DNA of 64,000 nucleotides from Amphiscolops sp. MND2022 (Eukaryota): NCBI GenBank assembly GCA_964187785.1, contig OZ076409.1, positions 88,600,001 to 88,664,000 of the forward strand, read 5' to 3'. Shown piece by piece: positions 27,601 to 39,600 of this stretch (position 1 is its first letter; each line of letters starts with the position of its first letter). The notes under the pieces were generated by a model. It saw only the letters and a program-made list of their open reading frames with translations, ran no database searches and was not told where the DNA came from. The position numbers and the translations under genes were made by a program.

Positions 27601-30600
27601 TGCTTATGATTCTAGATGGATGGACGGTGCGTTTTTGGACCTGAACTCGGAGACAATCAGCAACGAAGTGCAAGAGTTCTGGACAGACATCTTCAAGATT
27701 AACAAGTTCTTCCAGCAGCTGAAGAAGAAGGAGATGTTGGAGAAAGCCAACAAAGAGGGCGTGAAAAGAAAGAAGGCCGAGGACTCCAAAGATGAGGAAG
27801 AGGTCCCCGCCATCATTGTCTGCAACAAGATCATGGATGGCATCAAGGAATTCAAAGTGAGGAATTCGCCTGTGTTGAATTCACACGTATTAGGATTTGT
27901 TAACTCATTTTTTTCTCCATCGCTATCTGTTGCTAACGAATGTTGGTTCCCAGGGCGAGGACTTTAGAAGAGCTGAAAAGCTCTTTCCTCGTCCTTTCTG
28001 GTGCGGTTTTATTAATTAAGTTTATACTTTGTAGCACCTGATAAATTAATTTAACTTTACCCTGTATTAGGGTTTCTCCGGAATAGTTGAACTAAAATGG
28101 CGCTTGCTCAACTTGTTTGGTGTGATTTGACATCTGACAACTTTCTAAAACGATCATCTATGAGTATGAAAGTTACGTTGAAAGTTATCCTTCAATTTTT
28201 TGCTAGTTTTTTGTTGTGTAGGTGTTTGAATTTTTATTTTTTCTTCAAAACATTGTGGGAAGACATCACGAAAGCATGCATCACTTCTTTATTTTGTTCT
28301 CCAAATACGCCACAGTTTTCTTGAACAAAACGGGAACGTCTAAAGTCGGCGCTATATCTAAGACTCAAAAAGCGCAAATTGTGAAAGGGGGACGGGACCC
28401 TTTCGGCTTTTTGAAAATCCAGTTTATTGCAAAATTTCAGAAAAAAATGAAGGGGACTCTTTGGAGACATTTAAAAAATTTCGAAAAAAAAACGAAAAAT
28501 GAGAATTTTCAAACAGTCTCATAGTGCCGAAAAATTTAAAAGGGCTTTGGGCTTTTTGAAACTTCAATTTGCAGCAAAATATCAAAAAACTTGAAGGGGA
28601 CCCTTTGGCGCCAAAAAAATTCGAAAGAAAGTCGCACAGTGCCGAAAAAAATTCAAAGGGGGACCCTATAGTCTCGTCCGGTTTTGTATCTTACGCTAAA
28701 AGGAGTAAATCAAGGTGGAACCCTTTGCACTAACTTCGATGCGTTTCCGTTTGCCGGTCCAGTAGTTTAGTAGTTCTGTAAAAAGTGTCCACTACGCATA
28801 CATTCTGTTATCTGACGAAAAAAACTTGCCACTGTAATAGTCGGGCTCATTTTGTTAAAATGCGCCGACTAAAAATGGATATCCATAGAACATACTTTCT
28901 TTGGCAGGAATACATTCCAGTGATTAGCATTCTGTGCAACCCTGGTATTCGGGATCGCCACTGGATCAAAATGAGTGAAATTGCTGAGAAGGACATCACG
29001 CCGGACTCTGGCACGACTCTGAGGAAAGTTTTGAAGCAAGAACTCATGCCTTTCATGGAACAGTTCGAGACAATTAGTGGAGCTGCTTCCAAGGTTAGTG
29101 TCCAAAAAACTTTCTGAGAAACATTGTTTGATAAACATTAAAGATTGACCTGAAATTCTCCAATTGCTTTTCAGAGTGAAAATTTCAAGTTGTAACCGTT
29201 ATATTGACTTTTGAGACCGTTTGAGGAAAAATGCAATCATTGCGGCCATCTTGCAGGATATATATACTTTAAATCCATCCCTTGAAAGATTCCTTGATGC
29301 AAGTAATCTTACAGGAAATTGCAATCGTTCCGAACTTTATTCTTCCAAGATCTTGTCAGTAAATAGTTTTATGACGGGATCATTACAAGGAAATGCTATT
29401 GGCGAAGATCTCGCAAGGAACCCAATGTACGAAAGAATCGTGGAAGATGCCTTTCTAGCTTTCCAAGAAAATATTAATAACTTTTTTGAACTTTAGGAGA
29501 TCCTAACAAAGAAAAAATTTTATACTCTGTCAGTGTGGACCCGGCAGTAAACAAAAAACTGGTTTAAGAATCAACTGATTCTTCAAGTATTACTATTATT
29601 TGCAGAGATTTAAACCAAAAACGTTATTTCAGGAATTTTCACTGGAGAAAGCCATGCTCAAAATGAAAGATGAATGGGAGTCTATTCTTTTCAATTTGAT
29701 TGACTATCGCGACTCAGGTGTGAAGATTTTGGCCTCTGTGGATGAAATTCAGCAAGTTCTGGATGACCAAATTGTAAAAACCCAGACCATGAGAGGATCG
29801 CCTTTCATCAAGCCCTTCGAAAAGGAAATCAAAGTTAGTTTACTTTCAAAATTTTATACCAACATAATTCTGAAAATCTTTCATGAAATTGACGACAGAA
29901 TAAACTAAGCAGTTTTAAAACAATCCAAGCATTTTTTTTAAAAAAAAAACACTGTATTGATCTTTGTTACTAAAATCATGAAAGATTCAGTAAAAAAGTA
30001 GTGTACAAATACAATTTAAAAATATTGAGGTCGAAATTAAAAAGAACATTCATCTAAATTGATAATCCCTCCAACATTTTTTACCGTACTCGGGTGTATC
30101 CACTTCTCGTTCAAGTTGTTTGAGGAAAAAAACTTTGGTCTTGTTCTTTATAGTTGCATATGAGTACGATTTAGTTTTCAAGTTTTTCGGCAAGGTGTTC
30201 CATAGAGAGACGGTTTTCTTAAAAAAGCTATTTCTCATGAAAGTACTCTCACAGAGCCCAGTATATACAAGTATATCTGTTCTTTCAAGAAATCTGAGCT
30301 GAGTGGTTGATGGTTCATTTTCACCAATAAGAGCCGGGATCATTTTATTTTTCCATTTCCAAAAATAAAGTACCGTTTTCATGTTGAGCAAATACCGTAC
30401 CGGTAAGATTTTATACTGTAATTTCAGATCTGAGGAATGATCGTATTTAGTGCGAAAAAAACATGCCTTAATAGCCCAGTTAAGTTGTTTCTCTAACGTG
30501 GTCATTAGATTTTCAGTAATTCCGGTCAAAAGAATAGCCGAGTACTGTAGATGACTAACTACCAATGCATTTAACAGCATCAATCGTGTTTTTTCAGGAA

Positions 30601-33600
30601 AAAGATCTCGTATTGAGTATAGACATTTGATACCACAACTCATTTTCTGCAAAATACTTTTTACTTCATCTTGAAATGTGAGATTCTGATCAAGGAAAAT
30701 TCCCAGATATTTGACTGAGTTCGAATGTTTAATTATTTGATCTTTCACGTGCAATTTGTAACTTTTGACATCGTTGTTTTTTGATGGTTTACAAAAAAGT
30801 ATAAATTCTGTTTTGTCTGCATTGATTGTCAACCGATGGTTTTCAAAAAAATGTATAAGTTGTTCAATATCTTTTTCCAACTTGTTGAGAGCATGATTTT
30901 CATCTTTATCAGAACATAATATCATGGTATCGTCTGCATATTGTACCAATTTACATTGATTGGAGATGGTCTGTTTCATACTATTTACATAAATATTGAA
31001 AAGTAATGGCCCTAATACGGTGCCTTGAGGAACACCTTGATATAATTCGATCCAATCAGAATTACATGAATCCAGGGTGACTTTCTGAATTCTTCCCGTG
31101 ATATAGTTCTTTATAACTGAAATTGCTTTGTCCTCGAAATTGAGTTCCTTTAATTTTTCAAAAAGGATGCAGTGTGATATTGAATCAAACGCCTTTGATA
31201 AATCAAGGAAAGCGGCCGCTACAATGTTTTTTTCATCAATTTGTTTTCGATTGGTCTCTGTTGCGAAAAGCAGCGCATCTGCTGATGAAAAATGGGAGCG
31301 AAAACCGAACTGACTGTAACTTAAAAGATTATTTTTGTTCAAAAATTCGACGATTTGATCCTTCAGAACGGTTTCAAAGATCTTTGATAGAGCCGAAGTG
31401 ATGGAAATCGGTCGGTAGTTGTTAGGTTCTTCGATATCGCCTTTTTTGTAAATTGGTACAACAAATGCTTGTTTCAAATGATTGGGGAACTCACCTAGAT
31501 CTAAGAAACTATTTATCATAAAGCAGAGGGGTTCAGCAATAACATTAAGACAATCTTTCAAAGCCCATGCAGGGATAGATGATGGGCCTAAAGGTTTATT
31601 GATGTTTAACTTTTTGATCAGTTTTTTGCATTGGAAAAGACTTATGGGTTGAAATTGAAACTTTTTTGACACAAAACTTCATTCGATTTGGGATAGATTT
31701 TTGTTTCACCAAGGTAGTCACCCAATTTGGAGAAACGATAGTTCAAAAGGTTGGCAACTTTTTTCTCATCAGTGACAATGTCATCAAAACAATTTCTTAA
31801 GCTTCTTATTTCTGTTTTGGTTCGTTTTTCATTCCTAACTTCATTGATAAAATTCCATTTTCCCTTTTCAGTCGTGAGAGTCTTGAACCAGTTTGTCTGA
31901 TAGTTCATTTGATCGTCCTGAATGTTGTCAAGAAACTGACTTTTTAGTGTAGTGTAGACTGTGTTGTTAGGTTTCATATTCGATGTTATTCCATTATAAA
32001 GTCTTTTCGTTTCATTTTTAATCCATTTTTGACGTATGACTAAGTCACTTTTGTCGTTCCTGATGAATACCTTTTTTTTCGGAGCACACCTTCGGAGCGC
32101 ATTTTCAATAATATCATTGAAAACAGAGAACATTCCTTCTAGGCAACTCTGACTATAAAAATTACTCCAGTTGCTTTCGGTTATTATTTGACAGAAATTG
32201 TGTTTATCATAATTTGTTTTATCGTAGACTTCTTTGATAGTAACTTTTGATTTCTTTTTCATTTGAATCGACGTTATTGTTGATGTTACCCAGTGGTCTA
32301 TTTCAGCGTTTTTCAATGTTCTTAATGGCGTATCTGACACTATCGTTTCAAAACACTTAGATTTCGGGAGATCAGTAATGATAAAGTCAATTAATGATTC
32401 ACTGTTTCCTTTTACCCGAGTTGATTGCTCAGTATTCATAATCTGCAGACCATATGGTAAGAGTATTGTTTCAAGACACTCTTTCTCTTTGGGATTCAGA
32501 TAATCTATGTTATAATCGCCCATGAGTGTAATCGGTTTGTTTTCTACAATAGCTGAGTCAATGCTTGTAGATAATTCTTCCAAAAAGTTATTTATTAGAG
32601 ATTTATTCGGATTGTAACTGATATTAATCAATTGCTTCTTTTTGTTTGTTCCATGATTAATATTACACTCGACCCATAAGCTTTCAAATGATTCCTTATT
32701 CAAATAATTTAGATCTTTACGTTCTTTAGGGTTCAGAGATTTAGGTACAAAAAGCATTACTCCACCACCTTTATTCTTACTGACCATTTTTCTATCGGAT
32801 CGGAAAGTTTTGAAATTGTCTTTATTGAGCTCCCAAACAGTGGCTCCATTGTCACTTTTTAACCAGGTTTCAGATATGCCATAGACAGTGTTTATTCCAA
32901 GATCTTGCATCATCATTTCTAGTTGTCTCTTTTTATGTACAATGCTTTGACAATTTACATGAAAAATTTTAGATTACAATCATTTTTTTTGAATTTTTTT
33001 GTGACCTCTTTGTATATATTCAAGGGTCCGGGGTTCAGTTCAATGTCACCAGATTGTAGCATTATCAAATATCTGTACAAGAAACATTGTTCATCCCAAA
33101 AGTATTTCAACCCATAAGTTACTGTACGAAAATTATTATTTGTTGGGGGATTAACTTTCATGCTTTTACAATACAAGTGGAATGCGTCTGAGTCTCCATC
33201 TCTTGTGTTGGCGGATATTCCAATTAGGAGAAGAAGGAAGGTAACCATAATTTAGTAGTGTAGAACCAGAAACGTAGTTCAAGTAACTCCCATTGATTAA
33301 AACTGTTTGTTAAAACCATATAGATAATTGTAAGTTTGCTGCGGATACCGGTATTGTCCATAAGAATATATTTGTTGTCTTTTATGAGGGTATCTTGTCT
33401 GGCGGTACTGTCTTTGGTCGGACGGAAACCCATTCGATGTTGTAAGAAGAGCTGATAGTAGTGCATTTTTCAAGAAAGGTAGCCCAATTTCAAAATTGAA
33501 ATGAATTTCATCAAAGAAAAGATCATTCATATTGGGGAAACTCTGCATACTCTTGGCCACTGGCAGTACCCTCAGTTTTGTACTGATATCTGCCGATTCA

Positions 33601-36600
33601 GCAAACTTTGATATTAGTTCGTTGTATTCCATGATACGACGATTTTTTACTTTGTTTCTCTCAGATTCTTTTACCAAAGGCATCTCACAGAGAACTAGAT
33701 GGTCCGGGTGAAATTTGTCAAATACAGCTTGAACCAGACTTTTATAACTCCCGAAAAGCTGTGGGACATCTATCTGCTGCTTTTTCAATATTGAGTTGGT
33801 ACCATCTTGGATAATAACAGTATTCATCTTTTTGTCATCGTATTTCTCAATTACTTTGATTTTCTCTTCAGTTCCAGATCCTCGGTATTCATGAATTGCA
33901 ATGTCATCTGGAATTGTTCTATCTTTCCAGAGATTTGATACTATACTACTACCTATGACCAAATTTGTTTGTTTTTCTTTTAGGACATAATTCTGGAATT
34001 CTCTCACCTGATGCGTTCCCCTGTTGTTACCTGTACTTGCTTTGACAGCTGTTCCAACATCACGTTGAGGGGCATCATCCACTGAGGATCGTCGATAACT
34101 AACTTTTTCATTGATGTTCTTCAAATAATTCTGAATAATTTGATCTTTTTGTAAACTGCTTTGATAAACTTCGCAATATAAATGGTAAAGTTCAGTTTTA
34201 TTGAGTTTTTCGAAAGCAGAGAATGGTAAAATATTGCTAAGTCCAAGGGCCATAATCGTTAGAAAGATCTTCGGCGTTTTATTTCAATGTTTTATTTCAA
34301 CGGTAGTTCAAACTTGTTTTGGTTCTATGTATTATTCAAAATAGCATTACGTAATATGCGACTGTATGCAATGAAAGTTTTGTGTGTGTGTGAAAGTTTT
34401 GTGTGTGTGTGAAAGTTTTGTGTGTGTGTTAAAGCTTCAACGCTCCAGACAATCGTTTCAAAACTCCATACTTAAAAGTTTCTCCAGTTCGCTTTTTACA
34501 ACTTTTCCAATGCATAATTAAGAATGCTGAGAACTTGATTCTTGCCCCATTTTTTTCGAAAACATCGTCATTTTCAGGAATGGGAAGAGAAGTTGATGAG
34601 GATCCAAGAAACGATAGACGAGTGGTTGAAAGTACAGAGCCAGTGGTTGTACCTGGAGCCCATTTTCAGCAGTCCAGACATCATGAGCCAGATGCCGGAA
34701 GAGGGTCGTCTTTTCACAATTGTCGACAAAAACTGGAAAGTGAGTGTTTGCTGAAATACAACTATTAGTTTCAGAAATGACAAAATAGATCTGATTCCTG
34801 TCGTATCATTCTTTTTTGTTGTGTCATGAAAATAGTGATGATTCTTTTTTGTCACTAGGATATCATGCGTCACGCTTCGAGAGACCCCAAAGTTATCCCG
34901 GCTACATCTCTTACTGGACTTCTCGAGAAATTGAAAGATAGCAACGAGCTTCTGGACAAAATCCTCAAAGGATTGAACGCTTACTTGGAAAAGAAGAGAC
35001 TTTATTTTCCTCGGTAACAGTTAGAACCTGCATTTTTCAAATTAAAAAAGGTCATCAGTGTTTTAAAATTTCAAAAGGTTAAAATTTCAGTTTCTTCTTC
35101 TTGTCGAATGATGAAATGTTGGAAATTTTGTCGGAAACAAAGGACCCTACGAGAGTTGAGCCCCATTTGAAGAAATGCTTCGAGGGAATTGCGAAACTTC
35201 TCTTTTCACCTTCTCTGGATATTCTGGCTATATACAGTGCTGAAGCAGAACAGGTTCGCTTTTTTGGCGATTCTTTCTTCTCAGGTTCACTTATTAAATG
35301 TAAACAGTATGTATGTCTACTTAAAAAGAAATTAAGGACTCGGGTGTTTTCAGTCGGCAATTTTTCTGTTTTTCTGTTAAGTTCTGAAGGGTACCCAAGC
35401 AGGCTAAAAGGTATTCCCTTTGAGTTTTCCATAGTTTTTACCGTACACTCGATACTCTACGTGTATCCCAAAGGGCCTCAAAGTTTTTTCGGCATCGTGC
35501 GACTTTTTTCCGAAATTTTCACTTTTTCACAAAAAGGTCTTTTTCATGTTTTCAGTTAGAACAATATGTTTCGAGAGCGTAAAGGGTTCCCGTTCAGGAT
35601 TTTTGCCACTGCGATTTTCGAAAGAAAACTAATTTAGTATTTTGTGACGTTTTCAGTTGGAAATAAGCATTTTCTGAGCACTAAGGTGTCCTTTGGGTGT
35701 TTTCGGCTCTCTTATATTTGTCTTAAGATTTTCCATGTAAGCCCTGAGCATATTTCAAAAACTGCGATCTTTGAGCGGGGTGCCGACTTGAGACGTTCCC
35801 GACTTGAGAAAGCTTCCAAGCTTCACGAATTATCTACAGCAAATTTTGTTTCGTAGTACGGATGTTGGAATAATTTTTTGCAGAAACACTTTTTTCCTCA
35901 AAATGAAAATCAAGACCCGACAAGACTTTAAAATGATTATTACTTATTGACGTCTACCGATTATAAAATATTGGCGCCCACCTTATCGAATGAGGTCAAA
36001 AACTGTCCTCCTGTAAAAGACAGTTTATCAAAATATGTATGTTCAAGCTCAGTGTCAATTGATTACAAAATCAAGTCCTGCGACAAAATGGATGACTGCG
36101 TTTGAATGATATAAAGGTCATTACAAATAAATTGTATAAATTTGAATTATCATCAGCACGCGAAATTCTTCAATACAAAAAGCAGCATGTACAAAATCAC
36201 ACAAGTAGCTTTCCCAAAAGATGCATTAGAGCCAACATTGAGTTTGCTACGAAGAACTTCTCGGAGAAGCAGCAAACAGGAAATATGTCGTGTATCCAAT
36301 AACTGTCGTCGTCGTAACTTCGGCAACACGCCGGGGCACAGTACCCGAAGCACAGTTCTCGGTTTCTCCGAGATTGTATCATAATCTCTCTCGGACTTCG
36401 GTGGTAACTTTTCATGACAGGTTTGAGAAATGTCCTCAGAAGTACGTTGTCGTCTTGAAATTTCGAAATGTTGTATTCTTTTGCTTCCTCGGCGTGGCCC
36501 AAATGGTAGATGGATGTGATTAAGATAATCAGAACGGATAAATTTGCGAGAAACATTTCTAACACCACGTTTCACAATCTTGACTGGTTCTTTGCGCTAT

Positions 36601-39600
36601 ATAATGAAGAGTAAAATGAGAAATAGGGTTATTGCTTGCATTCAATCCATTCATCCGACATTGTTACACCGGAAGGACGTGTTTATTACTAATTCATGAA
36701 TAGATTTAATGTGATGAATAGATTTAATAACGGTATGAGTGAATGCTGAGCGAGGGAATGTCCGGAATATCAAATGGACAATTGAGCGGAAAAGCCGCTT
36801 TGATGTGCACGTTCAGCTTACATGTAGTCTTTCCGTTGGTTCGGGTTTATTTGTATTTCCAAGCACGTCTGTCGGTCATTTCCTGGTTCGGCCAGGACAA
36901 TGTTTCTAACCAACACAATGTATCGACATTTCAAGGTCTTTGTTTGACCCTAATTCCTCTGAATCATCAATCGATTGATGACCAATCTATCATCAATCAT
37001 CAATCTGATTAAGCAATCTTAGGCTACGAATGATGTACATATAACGTGTGAATTAAGTATCATCAAAGCTAATTGCTCCAGTGTTTTCAACGTTGGTGAA
37101 ATTTGAAAGTAGCACGCTTTTTTGTTAATTTTGTACTTTTATCATGCATAAAAGCCAAACAACCAAAAGAAGTCCCACTGAGCTCCGAAATATTTTCCGC
37201 TCTCAAATGTTTCAGTTGAACAGCATCATTCTGAGAATTGAGCTTAAGCAATAAATTTAAACCAATTAAAGTATTCAAATTTTGCATATATTGCTAAAAT
37301 TGAAATAGAACTCATTTTGGCACTTTTTGTTTGTGACTCTTTCAGAATTTTAGGCACTTTTTTTCAAGAAAAGCTTTAGATCTCTCCATACATTAGTTGC
37401 AAAAACGCGACTGACAGTTTAATTTTCCGCTACTCATTTATAAACAAGCCGGGAACGGCATAAGTCGGCGCCATATCTGAGGCTCAAAAATTGCCAAAGG
37501 ACATGAAAGTGTCAAAAAACTCAAAGTATCAAACTCACAAAAAGAGTATCAAACTCACAAAAAGAGTACCAAACTCACAAAAAACCCAAACGGCCGAACT
37601 GGCGCCGACTATTTCGCATTTTTTAACATCCATTGTTGCAAAACATCAATAATATCAAGAGGGACCCTTTGGTGAAAAAAAATTCCGAAAAAAGTCTCAC
37701 CATGCCGAGAAAAACTGAAAGGGGGACCCTTTGGTATTTTCAACATCCATTCTGTCGCAAAACATCAAAAAATTGAGGTGGGATCCTTTGGGGAAATTTT
37801 TTCCCGAAAAAGTCTCACAATGCCGAAAAAACTGAAAGGGGACCCTTTGTGGTTTTTCAACATCCATTCTGTCGCGAAACATCAAAAAATTGAAGGTGAG
37901 ATCGTTCGGGAATTTTTTTTTTGAAAAAAAGTCTCACAATGCCGAAAAACTGAGAGGGGGCCCCTATAGTCTCTCCCGGTATTGTGTGTTACACGGAACA
38001 AGAGGAAAAACCTTTTTGGTTCAGTTCGCTGGGCCAAATGATTCAATTTGGGATCAAAAAATTTCGTAGAACTTTCAAGAACTAATTTGGCCTGTTCGTG
38101 TTGATTGAAAAAAAAGAGTCACTATAATAGTCGCGTTTCACTTCATGAAGCGCCGACTAAATATGGGCAGAAAAATATGGGCCTTGGAATAGTTCATTTT
38201 GAAGTTTGACAATGTCCAGCAATATCCAGATCTAAAGGCGGCCAGTGATAATCTGCAACTACCAAAAGTGTTTTTCAAAATTTTTTAAAACCTGATTTGT
38301 TAAAAGTTCTAATTATGGTGTTATTTTTAGTCCGCGCATTTTGTTTTCGTTCTCCAGACTTTCTAGGCTAGAATAAATCTGAATGGTCCACTTTTTTAAC
38401 AGTCGTCGTTCACGCCGCATGGTCCGTCACTTGGGGATTAGCGTGCAGGGGAGCAGGAGGTCTCTGGTTCGAATCGCGAACTGGTCCATTTTTGTCGGCG
38501 CTTTTCTTGAGAAAAGAGTCGACTATAGCCATGCATTTTCGTCAGTGTTTTTTTTCGATACACCTGAAGTGACCAAAAAGGTTCTACCAAAAAGTCTACA
38601 AAATTTTCAATTGTACCTGTTGGCCCAGGGAACTTAACCAAAAAGGTTTTTCATTTTTTTCCGCGTAACACAATACCGGGTGAGACTAAAGGGCCCCCTT
38701 TCAGTTTTTTCGGCATTGTGAGACTTTTTCAAAAAGTGTTCTCATCAAAGGGTCCCCAATTCATCAATACTTTGACACTTTGAAGTCCTTTTGCTATTTT
38801 TGAGCCTTAGATATGGCGCCGACTTGGGCCGGTCCCGGCTTGTTTAGAAAAGAGCGACTATAGTCATGGCTTTTCGTCAGTTTATTTTTCGATACACCTG
38901 ATCTGTCCAAAATAGTTCTATCACAGAAGTTCTTCAATTTTGGCAATGTCCCTTTTGACAATCTATATACTACATTTGAGCTGTAAAAAGTGCTAAGGAG
39001 TCCCCTTCGACAATAACGCAACATATACCGGATTTAACGCAAACCGGATATAGCCAATTCCGGATATAGCGTATACCGGATATAACGTTTCTTGGAGAAC
39101 TTTTTAATGTTACAAAAGCGTCCTTCTTTTGATTTTTATGATATTTAGAGTTGATACAAAATCATTCGATTTGGATTTTGGTATTGCGAGATCTTATTTC
39201 TTTTCAACCTAACCGAACCTTTTGACTCTGTGCGTTCTTCAAACATTCTTTGTATTATATTTTAAAATTTTTAGTTTCATCGGTCTTTAGCCTTTCTACT
39301 GTTTTACTGTTTCTTCATTCGTCCCAAAATTTTTCAAGTTTCTGTCACTTCTCCATGGTTTGCAGGTGAAACTGATTGAGACCATAAACACTGTGGAGGC
39401 CAAGGGAGCTGTGGAGAAGTGGCTGCTGACCTTGGAGGATGTCATGTTGAGGTCAATCAGAGATGTCATTGACAAGTCACGTGACGCCTATGCAAATGAG
39501 CCCCGACAGAAGTGGGTGCTCGAATGGCCCGGACAAGTTAGTTGCATTCATTTTTTTTCATTTTAGTAGTGACTTTTTTAGTTGTGAAATTTTTGTAATG

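Larger units (their letters stand above)
29931..34440 (-). mobile_element. Near full-length CR1/L2-group LINE inserted antisense in DNAH12 intron 18
   Basis: ORF1 33297-34253, then ORF2 33248-30050 in three pieces (2A motif, APE, RT). T-run at about 29932-29939 is a possible tail; (TG)nAAAGTTT repeats at 34372-34432 lie near the 5' end. Exact ends are uncertain. Confidence 0.9.

Noticed and set aside
31655..32972. Programmed -1 frameshifting at the two LINE ORF2 breaks
   Set aside because: Slippery-looking runs (AAAAAAG, AAATTTT) are not in the X XXY YYZ phase of the upstream frame; simple indels are more parsimonious.
36142..36575. Alternative overlapping ORFs (36153-36575 minus, 36142-36384 plus, 36290-36523 plus)
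   Set aside because: They start at non-ATG codons and lack coherent features compared with the signal-peptide, Cys-rich frame.
39026..39090. CCGGATATA repeats
   Set aside because: They resemble subterminal repeats of the TA-MITE families; no second end was found to define an element.
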